Assembly (NCBI GenBank): GCA_034723415.1
Contig: JAYEOX010000150.1
Coordinates: 1 to 31,343, forward strand
Source of the DNA: Fidelibacterota bacterium
GTDB taxonomy: Bacteria > Fidelibacterota > Fidelibacteria > Fidelibacterales > Fidelibacteraceae
Direction of reading: 5' to 3'
Length of the DNA stretch: 31,343 bases
The notes under the pieces: generated by a model
What the model saw: only the letters and a program-made list of their open reading frames with translations
What the model was told of the DNA's origin: nothing
Databases searched by the model: none
Translations under genes and position numbers: made by a program
Shown here: positions 18,347-26,201 of the stretch, piece after piece
Layout of the letters: each line of letters starts with the position of its first letter
Position numbering within the stretch: the first letter of the stretch is position 1

Positions 18347-19015
18347 TTAAAATATATAAGAAATATCTAAATTACTTTTTAAAAATTCTTGTGTGTTACC
18401 AGTTTCAAAATCATCCAAAATAGAAATACCACCAAACTTCATTATAAAATAAACGTTATCTGAAAATTTATAACCCAATTTAATCATTCCCTTTACATCA
18501 AAATCATATGTACTACTTATACTATTGTATTGCTCTTTTAATTCTTGGTAACAAACTCCAGCACCAATCTCATATCCAAAAATGGCTTTTGTTCTGTTAT
18601 TTACGTTTGCATCAATAATAAAATTTGCAATATATGTAGTTAAATCAGCACGCGAATTTCCACTATTTAAATAATATTCCCCCTCAACTCCTAAATTATG
18701 CATAAATCCCATTAATTCATATATGTTGGATATTTTTAATTGTATAGAACCACCATATCCATTATGATATGGACGATTCACACTTTGCCAAAAAGGAATT
18801 AAATAACCACTAGAAAATGTTAGCATAAGTCTATTTGGTTCCTTATCTTTTTCAAGTTGTTGCTCTGCTCTAAATAACGTATCATATTTCTCATCATTAA
18901 TTTCTTTTACCAATTGCTTAAAACTGTTGCTCTGTTTGTAATCTTCTGCATTAAGATTAATTATTGAAATCAGCAAAAACATTATGGTAGTAAGTATGAT
19001 TTTTTTTTGTTTCAT
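18347..19015 (-). CDS. Hypothetical exported protein, probable small outer-membrane beta-barrel
   Basis: Signal peptide ending LNA-E; alternating amphipathic strands (LGVEGEYY, YEIGAGVCY, MIKLGYKF); C-terminal beta-signal-like LDISYIF; RBS GAGGAG. Confidence 0.6.
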   Translation of the reverse strand: MKQKKIILTTIMFLLISIINLNAEDYKQSNSFKQLVKEINDEKYDTLFRAEQQLEKDKEPNRLMLTFSSGYLIPFWQSVNRPYHNGYGGSIQLKISNIYELMGFMHNLGVEGEYYLNSGNSRADLTTYIANFIIDANVNNRTKAIFGYEIGAGVCYQELKEQYNSISSTYDFDVKGMIKLGYKFSDNVYFIMKFGGISILDDFETGNTQEFLKSNLDISYIF

Positions 19016-19119
19016 AATAAATACTCCTCAATTTTTATTAATTTAAATCAATTTTTCTACATTTGCAATAAATTTTTTAATTTTCTTTAATATCTCTTAT
19101 ATAAATATTATTTTATTGT

Positions 19120-20676
19120 ATGGAAAGGAAATCATATCATATTAAAACTAATATAATTTTAACATTTATTTTACTTATTTCTACATTTCTTTTATCAAAC
19201 TTAAAAGGTGAAGATACATATTATGGATGGGCTTATCTATCATCACAAAGCAATTTTGAAATAATTAAAAATGATTTGCCTGTAAATATTCAAACCCGAT
19301 ATTATTCCCATGCATTAAATGCCTTTAGTTTTTCCATTGATGAAAATATTCAAGAAACAATTGTTAAAATGAAATATATTCAAGGAATAAAACAAATTTC
19401 ACCAATGTTTGAACTTACTATTCCTCAGCCAATTAAAATTCAGCAATTATTCAAAACTAAATCAGATGATCTTTATGGTGAAATGTATGAACAACTTAAT
19501 ACACTGGGAATACCCGAGTTACACAAAAAAGGAATTACCGGTGATGGCATACGGATTGGAATAGTAGATGCCGGATTTAAAAAATCATTAGATGCATTTA
19601 GTAAAATTCTTAACGAAAATAGGTTAATAGCAGAAAAAGATTTTGTATTCGATGATAATAATACCTCAGATGAAAGTGAAGATGGAGAGAATGGTTATAT
19701 ACAAAGTCATGGCACGGGAACCTGGTCGATAATTGGAGCTTATGTTGAAGGGGAACAAGTTGGTGGTGCATACAATGCTGAATTTGTAATTGCAAAAACG
19801 GAAGATATTAGATCCGAAACGAGAATAGAAGAGGATAATTTTGTTGCAGCAATAGAGTGGTTTGATAGTTTAGATGTTGATATTGTTTCTTCATCACTTG
19901 CCTATAGAGATTTTGATGGCGATCTTAATGATTATTCTTATGAAGATATGAACGGCATGACTACTGCAATTGCACAAATTTGTAATTGGGCAGCTAATAG
20001 AGGAACCATTATAGTTACTGCTATGGGAAATGAAGCAAATGCCTATTCTGACATTAATCAATCAATTTGGTCACCTGCCGATGCTTTTGGTGTTGTTGCA
20101 GTCGGCGCTACCGATTTTTCAGGTGAAGTAGCAAGCTTTTCAAGCAGAGGGCCAACCTCAGATGGTAGAATTAAACCTGATATTTCCGCTCCCGGTACAA
20201 ATATTACACATGCAAGTTTACAGGGCGGCGTCTCTACTGGAAGCGGCACTTCTTATTCTACTCCATTAATTGCAAGTGGCGTTGCACTTTTGAAACAAAT
20301 TCATACTGAGTGGACTTTAAATGATTTCATTAATGCTTTTTCAGAGAATTCTTATTTACCAAATGCAAACAATGATATTGGTTATGGGATTCCTGATTTT
20401 AATAAAATCGCTATCAATTCATTTGATAGTGATACAATTAAATCAACTCTGAAAATCTGGCCAAATCCAACTAAATCAAATATTTTTCTTAAATGGACAA
20501 ATACCAATCCAAATGAGACAATTAATATCTATAATTTGCTCGGTCAAAAGATCTTTACTACAACTAATTTTTCATTAAATAAAAACCATGAGCTCTACAT
20601 AAGATTAGGAGATATCCCTACCGGGATTTATTTTGTTCAAACAAAGAAAACATCTGGAAAATTTGTAAGATTTTAA
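19120..20676 (+). CDS. Secreted subtilisin-like S8 serine peptidase with C-terminal sorting (T9SS type A-like) domain
   Basis: Triad IGIVDAG / SHGTGTWS / GTSYSTP, oxyanion AMGNE, FSSRGPTSDGRIKPD; CTD IWPNPT...IYNLLGQKI...PTGIYFV...KFV. Confidence 0.93.
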   Translation: MERKSYHIKTNIILTFILLISTFLLSNLKGEDTYYGWAYLSSQSNFEIIKNDLPVNIQTRYYSHALNAFSFSIDENIQETIVKMKYIQGIKQISPMFELTIPQPIKIQQLFKTKSDDLYGEMYEQLNTLGIPELHKKGITGDGIRIGIVDAGFKKSLDAFSKILNENRLIAEKDFVFDDNNTSDESEDGENGYIQSHGTGTWSIIGAYVEGEQVGGAYNAEFVIAKTEDIRSETRIEEDNFVAAIEWFDSLDVDIVSSSLAYRDFDGDLNDYSYEDMNGMTTAIAQICNWAANRGTIIVTAMGNEANAYSDINQSIWSPADAFGVVAVGATDFSGEVASFSSRGPTSDGRIKPDISAPGTNITHASLQGGVSTGSGTSYSTPLIASGVALLKQIHTEWTLNDFINAFSENSYLPNANNDIGYGIPDFNKIAINSFDSDTIKSTLKIWPNPTKSNIFLKWTNTNPNETINIYNLLGQKIFTTTNFSLNKNHELYIRLGDIPTGIYFVQTKKTSGKFVRF

Positions 20677-20697
20677 TCAATAAATTATTTATTAATT

Positions 20698-22518
20698 TTA
20701 CAGTTTATCAACTTCAATTTCAATCTTATTATTTATATTTATCTTTCTGCCACTTTTCACTCTGCCAATAGTTGAGCAATTGACATTGTTTTTTTGAGCG
20801 ATTTTTATAAGCTCTATCAGATTTTGTTCATCCAAAGAGACCAATATTACAGATTGTGATTCACCAAGCAAAAAAAAGTCATCTCTTATTTTTCTGTCAA
20901 AAAAAATATTTGCTCCTATATCTTCTGCACTATCTTTAATAATATTAATAAGAGAAAAAATCAATCCACCTTTAGATATTTTAATAGCAGATTTAATTAT
21001 TCCTATTTTAATACTCTCATGAATTACATGATTAATATTTCTAACTACTTCAAAATTGGGCTTTTGAAGAATCGTTTCGCTATTTTTTTTCATTATCGAC
21101 AAATATGCGCTGCCTTTGATTTCGCCATTTAAATTACCAACAATACAAATAAAATCTCCATCATTTTTAAAATATGGTGTTATTGGGTTTACTTTATCAT
21201 CTAATAATCCATAAGTTATATTTGAAATTGTTGATTTTTTGTCATCTACCATATCATCCATTTTACAATTAAGTGTTGAAATGTCAAAATATGAACAAAC
21301 CTCTGCAATTTGGTGAATAGTTTGTTCTGTTTCATCTTCAAGAAAATAATTAATTGCCTTTATTTCAGATCCCGTAGCCATGTTTTTTTGAATAGAATCA
21401 ACTATATTTACCGCAATCAAATTTTGATCAACTCCAGAAGTTGCATAATCACCAACGGTAATTACAATTGATTTATTTAAATTTCTATGTCTTATTCCCA
21501 ATGAATCATTTGTAGTAAATAATAACTCATTATCATAAGTGGCTAAGATTTGATAATTCTTTTGGATAATACGCTTGGCAACCATTTCTTTAATTATTTT
21601 TAATAGATCTTCCGGCTCTGGAATTGTTTCAATATCAATATCAGTATTTTTATGCTCACTCAACCATTCATTATCAGAATATTTATGTCTATGATTTTCA
21701 GTTGAAATAACATCAAAACATTGAAAGGGAATTTTTAATTGTTGATCACCATTATGCAAATTCAATTTCGTGTCTGTAATTATTTTACCAAGTTGAAAAT
21801 TTTCTATTTTATTTGTTTTAAAAAACTCTTTTGCCTCTTTTTTAAATTCCTTTTTGATAATCACAATCGTTTTTTCACTTAAAGATGAAAATAACAATTC
21901 ATTAATGCCTTCTAATTTTAACTTATCATAGACCTTTTTTGATAAAACATCAATCCCAACATTATATCTTTTATTAAATTTTATCAGTTCATTTAATAGA
22001 CCTTTTTCGGAAATTGTTGTTAAGTTGATTATCCATATTTTTTTAAGCAGTTCGATCGTTTTATATTTATTTTTGCGTTTTGTGTCACTATTAATTTTAT
22101 CTAAACTATTTTCAACAATAAAAAGTGAATCACCAATATTTACCTTTTCTTTTTTATTGATCTTACCTTTTATTCCAACAGTAACAATGTTTTTATTACT
22201 TTTATCCAAAATTGTAATTATAGGGTCTCCACCTTTTGCAACTACTCTCTTTGCAATTATATCTTTATTACATTTTTCTTCATTATCAAATTCTGAAATT
22301 AAATAATAATTATCGCCAACATTTACAGATTTGCTGGTTTTTAATTCCCGTAGTATTTTATGATTATTTTTATGTTTATATAATTTAGTATATTTATTAA
22401 TATTTTGTTTAAAAGCGATCAGAAATTTTTCTTCCGGAATAGTTAATTCCCCTTCTTTCAAAATGGAAATTTCCTTAAATTCATATTCCGACAAATTTAT
22501 TTTTTCTTCTTTTGCCAT
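20698..22518 (-). CDS. PurL (small FGAM synthase II)-like protein with degenerate active-site motifs
   Basis: Collinear similarity to small PurL from the N-terminal helical domain (LSEYEF..I..L) through KNNHKILREL, VNVGDN, VAKGGDPI, ELLFSSLSEK, FKNDGDFICIVG..EIKGSAY, SAIKISKGGL, RDDFFLLGESQSVILVS and IGRV. Intact ORF with RBS GGAG. Confidence 0.8.
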   Translation of the reverse strand: MAKEEKINLSEYEFKEISILKEGELTIPEEKFLIAFKQNINKYTKLYKHKNNHKILRELKTSKSVNVGDNYYLISEFDNEEKCNKDIIAKRVVAKGGDPIITILDKSNKNIVTVGIKGKINKKEKVNIGDSLFIVENSLDKINSDTKRKNKYKTIELLKKIWIINLTTISEKGLLNELIKFNKRYNVGIDVLSKKVYDKLKLEGINELLFSSLSEKTIVIIKKEFKKEAKEFFKTNKIENFQLGKIITDTKLNLHNGDQQLKIPFQCFDVISTENHRHKYSDNEWLSEHKNTDIDIETIPEPEDLLKIIKEMVAKRIIQKNYQILATYDNELLFTTNDSLGIRHRNLNKSIVITVGDYATSGVDQNLIAVNIVDSIQKNMATGSEIKAINYFLEDETEQTIHQIAEVCSYFDISTLNCKMDDMVDDKKSTISNITYGLLDDKVNPITPYFKNDGDFICIVGNLNGEIKGSAYLSIMKKNSETILQKPNFEVVRNINHVIHESIKIGIIKSAIKISKGGLIFSLINIIKDSAEDIGANIFFDRKIRDDFFLLGESQSVILVSLDEQNLIELIKIAQKNNVNCSTIGRVKSGRKININNKIEIEVDKL

Positions 22519-22658
22519 ATATTAGCTCCAATCTGTTTAATGACCTCTTTCTTCTATTTTTAAACTCTCTATAAATTAATTATTTTTATTTATTTTTCAA
22601 CTAACAAAATAAATTATTTCAGTTTCTCACATTAAGCTTTATATGATAATAATATAAG

Positions 22659-22687
22659 TTGTAATTAGCATTAAATATATTTATAAT
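22659..22687 (+). promoter_or_regulatory. Putative sigma70 promoter for the aromatic amino-acid operon
   Basis: TTGTAA (22659-22664), 17 nt spacer, TATAAT (22682-22687), about 35 nt before ATG 22723. Confidence 0.6.
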
Positions 22688-22722
22688 ATGTATGTTATTT
22701 TTAGAAAATATGGCAAGATAAA

Positions 22723-23007
22723 ATGAACACAATAGAAAAAATAAGAAAAAAAATCGATCAAACTGATCATAAATTGATCAAACTTCTTGACAAAAGAATG
22801 AATTATGCATATCAAATTGGAAAAATAAAAGGCAAAAATGGGTTACCAATACTTGTTCAAGATCGTGAAAAAGAAATTTATGATTCATTAAAAAATATAA
22901 ACTTAAGCCATATAACTGATAATGAATTATTACACTTATTTAAAGAAATAATTAAACTCGGAAGAAAACATGGGGAATTGGGCAAAATGGAACACAATAA
23001 AATTTAA
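22723..23007 (+). CDS. Stand-alone AroQ-class (type II) chorismate mutase
   Basis: IRKKIDQTDHKLIKLLDKR...IGKIK...PI...REKEI; first gene of an operon with aroF and tyrA-pheA. Confidence 0.88.
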   Translation: MNTIEKIRKKIDQTDHKLIKLLDKRMNYAYQIGKIKGKNGLPILVQDREKEIYDSLKNINLSHITDNELLHLFKEIIKLGRKHGELGKMEHNKI

Positions 23008-23039
23008 TTAACTAAAAAATCAGGTGAGAAAACAGTAAA

Positions 23040-24065
23040 ATGATAGTAATATTTGAAAAAAATGCTAAACAAAGAGATATTCAAAAAGTTGAAAACTATT
23101 TAAAACAAAAGAATTTTGGATTAAACAAGTCACAAGGAGAAGACCACCTTGTTTTAGGTGTTATCGGCAATGTAATTACAATAAACATAGATAGATTAAA
23201 AGAATTCAATGGTGTAGAAAATGCTATCAGGATCAGCGAATCCTATAAAAGATGTTCCAGAACTTTCAAGCCAACCGATACAATAGTCAAAGCAGGCAAT
23301 ACTTCTATTGGAGGAAAAGATATTGTTGTTATCGCAGGTCCCTGTTCGGTTGAAAATGAGAAAATGGTTCACAGTATTGCAAAAAAAGTGACAAAAAGTG
23401 GTGCAAAAATAATCAGGGGTGGAGCTTATAAACCTCGCTCATCTCCATATAGTTTCCAAGGTTTAGGTGAAGAGGGTTTAAAATATCTTAATAAAGCTGC
23501 TAGAGAAAATAATGTTCCTTGTATTTCTGAATTAATGTCTGCAGATAAACTGGAATTATTTGAGAAATATGTTGACATTATTCAGATAGGTGCAAGAAAT
23601 ATGCAAAATTTTACGCTTTTAAAAGAACTTTCAAACACAAAAAAACCAATTATGTTAAAAAGGGGAATTTCGGCAACAGTAGAGGAGTGGTTGAATTCAG
23701 CAGAATATATTGTTAGTGGTGGAAATCCTAATGTTATCTTATGTGAAAGAGGAATTCGTACTTTTGAAAACTCTACTCGTTTCACTTTAGATCTTTCTTC
23801 TGTACCTGTTATAAAAAAACTATCTCATTTACCAATTATTGTTGACCCAAGTCATGCTATGGGAAATCGGAAATTGGTTTTGCCAATGGCAAGAGCAGCA
23901 ATTGCCGTAGGTGCAGATGGGATAATGGTTGAAATTCACGAACATCCAGGAGAGGCATTATCTGACGGGCCACAATCATTATTTCCAAAACAATTTGAAG
24001 AATTAATGACCGACTTAAAAATTATATCAAATTCAATTGGAAGAAAAATTTATGGAATAGAATGA
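23040..24065 (+). CDS. aroF: 3-deoxy-7-phosphoheptulonate synthase, type I-beta, with N-terminal ferredoxin/ACT-like regulatory domain
   Basis: IAGPCSVE, RGGAYKPRSSPYSFQGLG, QIGARNMQN, LKRG, LCERGIRTFE, DPSH, DGPQSL; Thermotoga-type N-terminus MIVIF...SQGEDHLVLGVIG. Confidence 0.96.
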   Translation: MIVIFEKNAKQRDIQKVENYLKQKNFGLNKSQGEDHLVLGVIGNVITINIDRLKEFNGVENAIRISESYKRCSRTFKPTDTIVKAGNTSIGGKDIVVIAGPCSVENEKMVHSIAKKVTKSGAKIIRGGAYKPRSSPYSFQGLGEEGLKYLNKAARENNVPCISELMSADKLELFEKYVDIIQIGARNMQNFTLLKELSNTKKPIMLKRGISATVEEWLNSAEYIVSGGNPNVILCERGIRTFENSTRFTLDLSSVPVIKKLSHLPIIVDPSHAMGNRKLVLPMARAAIAVGADGIMVEIHEHPGEALSDGPQSLFPKQFEELMTDLKIISNSIGRKIYGIE

Positions 24066-24068
24066 AAT

Positions 24069-25376
24069 ATGAAAAATAAAATACAGTTTAGCGTGATCGG
24101 ATATGGACGATTTGGAAAATTATGGACAGAAATATTGTCCAAACATGGTGATGTGTCCGTTTTTGATAAAAAGAAAAATTTTCAGATAAAAAAAATTCAC
24201 TTTGTAGATCTTAAAGAAGCACTCAAAAAAGAGGTAATATTTTTATGTATTCCTATTTCACAAATGGAATCGTTTTTAAAAGAAAACATGTCCAAAATAT
24301 CAAAAACTTCAACAGTTATTGATACTGCTTCTGTAAAAGAATTGCCATTAAAATGGATGGACAAACATATTCCAAATATTCCACATCTGGGCCTCCATCC
24401 TCTTTTCGGACCTGATAGTTATGCAAAAAATCGGATAAATTTAATCATAATTTCGACTTCTAAAAAATTTCCTTCGCTTATAGAAAAGTGGCAAAAAATA
24501 TTGGAAAGCTGGCACTTCTTCACACGTATCGTTTCGGCATCTGATCATGATAAAAGCATTGCCTTTTCACAAGGAATGACACATTTCGTTGGCAACATTG
24601 TTAAAAAAATGAATATCTCCAAAACCGAAACACCAACATTGGGTTATAGTATGCTGATGTCTGTAGAACAGTTTTGTGAAAATAATACAAGTCAACTTTT
24701 TAGAGATATGATCTCATATAATCGTCATTCGGGAGAAATGCTTAAATCATTTTTACAAGCCACTCATGATGTATCTTCCAATTTTATAAAGAAAACTATC
24801 GATTATGATTTGCCCTTTTCAATTGGCGTAATGGGAGCTAAAGGAAGCTTTTCACACGAAGCTGCAAATAATTGGCTGAAAAATAAACATATTAAAAAGG
24901 GAAAAATAAAATATTTAATTACAGCAAAAAAAGTATTTGATGAACTTAATTGCGGTAAAATACAATTGGGAATTTTACCAATTCAAAATGCCGTAGGCGG
25001 CGTAGTAGATGAAACAATATTAGGACTTTCAAAATACAGGTGTAAAATAAAAGAACATTTCCCATTCGTTGTAAATCAATGTTTGATCAAACATAAAGAT
25101 TTTAAAGATAATAAACCAAAAGAGATACATTCTCATCCACAAGCGTTGAAACAATGTAAAGATTATTTACAAAAACATTTTCCCGAAGTCCCATTGGTTG
25201 AAGAAAATGACACTGCTTCGGCTGCACAAAACTTAGCGAAAAACAAATTAGGAAAAGATGTATTTGTAATCGCTCCGGAAGCATCTGTAAAACTTTATGA
25301 TCTAAAATTAGTTGAAAAAAATATTCAGGATCTTGGATATAATATTACTGACTTTGTTATAGTAATTAAAGACTGA
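24069..25376 (+). CDS. Bifunctional prephenate/arogenate dehydrogenase (TyrA) - prephenate dehydratase (PDT) fusion without ACT domain
   Basis: N-half: GYGRFG, DTASVK, HPLFGP, HDKSIAFSQGMTHF. C-half from about 24810: GAKGSFSHEAA, LPIQNAVGGVV, SHPQALKQC, DTASAA, IQDLGYNITDF, then stop. Confidence 0.9.
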   Translation: MKNKIQFSVIGYGRFGKLWTEILSKHGDVSVFDKKKNFQIKKIHFVDLKEALKKEVIFLCIPISQMESFLKENMSKISKTSTVIDTASVKELPLKWMDKHIPNIPHLGLHPLFGPDSYAKNRINLIIISTSKKFPSLIEKWQKILESWHFFTRIVSASDHDKSIAFSQGMTHFVGNIVKKMNISKTETPTLGYSMLMSVEQFCENNTSQLFRDMISYNRHSGEMLKSFLQATHDVSSNFIKKTIDYDLPFSIGVMGAKGSFSHEAANNWLKNKHIKKGKIKYLITAKKVFDELNCGKIQLGILPIQNAVGGVVDETILGLSKYRCKIKEHFPFVVNQCLIKHKDFKDNKPKEIHSHPQALKQCKDYLQKHFPEVPLVEENDTASAAQNLAKNKLGKDVFVIAPEASVKLYDLKLVEKNIQDLGYNITDFVIVIKD

Positions 25377-25387
25377 AAAGATTTCTC

Positions 25388-25426
25388 GCCCGCCTGCCAT
25401 TATAATAAAATGATTGTAAGTCGGGC
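25388..25426. repeat. GC-ended imperfect inverted repeat between convergent genes (possible terminator or miniature palindromic element)
   Basis: GCCCG (25388-25392) pairs with CGGGC (25422-25426); inner TTATAAT (25400-25406) pairs with ATTGTAA (25413-25419) with one G-U; 6-nt loop. Confidence 0.55.
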
Positions 25427-25468
25427 AAAGTTGCCAATATGGAAATAAGAAACTAACTCAGAAAAAAT

Positions 25469-25723
25469 CTATTTATAAATTAATTTTAAAATTAATATAG
25501 TTGAAGAAAAAATAAGTGATATCCCATTTGCAATAATGAGTGGGAAATCTTTAATTAAAATTCCATAAATAAACCATAAAAGCATTCCGGTGGTAAGTAT
25601 TATATACATCTCTAAAGATATATCTTTCGTGTGTCTTGTTTTTATTATTTTTATCGCTTGAGGCATTGTTGAGATTGTTGTTGCTGTGGCAGCCATAAAT
25701 CCAATTATCGTTATCCAATTCAT
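25469..25723 (-). CDS. SemiSWEET (MtN3/PQ-loop) sugar transporter
   Basis: From ATG 25723: MNWITIIGFMAATATTISTMPQAIKIIKTRHTKDISLEMY...LWFIYG...PLIIAN, 84 aa with three TM helices. The ORF track upstream extension is probably non-coding. Confidence 0.93.
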   Translation of the reverse strand: MNWITIIGFMAATATTISTMPQAIKIIKTRHTKDISLEMYIILTTGMLLWFIYGILIKDFPLIIANGISLIFSSTILILKLIYK

Positions 25724-25867
25724 TTGAGATTTTTCCCATTTATTTAAGTTTAATTTGGCAAATTCAAGTAACAAATGCAAGAAAAAAAGTACCTTTACCA
25801 AATTCCCAACTTCTGAAATTATAAACAAATGTATATGCTTTATTGAGCTTCTTTGACAATGATATTA

Positions 25868-26182
25868 CTAAACATCATCAAAAATCATTTGATAATATCT
25901 ATCTAATTTCATTTTCATCTCATCAATATTTAGATGACGACCTGTGCGGATCAGTTCTTTATCTTCCGAATAGACAAGAATTGTTGGGACAGCAAATACC
26001 ATAAAAAATCCTGAAGCTTCCTTATTGTCATCCAGCTCAATAAGATGAAAAACAGCTCCTTTGTAATCTTTAGCTAATGCTCTTACTCTTGGTTGGATCA
26101 CTTTACACACATTACAATTCTTTGTTGTAATATAAACAAATGAAAATTTTTGTTTTTTCATTTTTGCAAATTTATTATTCAT
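25868..26182 (-). CDS. Thioredoxin-family protein
   Basis: CNVC redox motif and cis-Pro VPT; ATG 26182 with RBS AGGA. Confidence 0.88.
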   Translation of the reverse strand: MNNKFAKMKKQKFSFVYITTKNCNVCKVIQPRVRALAKDYKGAVFHLIELDDNKEASGFFMVFAVPTILVYSEDKELIRTGRHLNIDEMKMKLDRYYQMIFDDV

Positions 26183-26201
26183 ATTATTTCCTATTCCATC
26201 C

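Noticed and set aside
20698..22518. Calling this gene purL or a pseudogene
   Set aside because: Catalytic motifs are missing, so the symbol is unjustified; there is no stop or frameshift, so pseudogene status is unsupported.
22519..22722. Phe/Tyr leader-peptide attenuator, T-box or purine riboswitch between the purL-like gene and the aro operon
   Set aside because: No credible leader ORF with terminator, no T-box or riboswitch consensus; the predicted promoter lies only about 35 nt from the start codon.
25724..25828. 35-aa N-terminal extension of SemiSWEET in the ORF track
   Set aside because: Family homology starts at MNWIT (25723); the extension starts at a non-ATG codon and looks like intergenic sequence.
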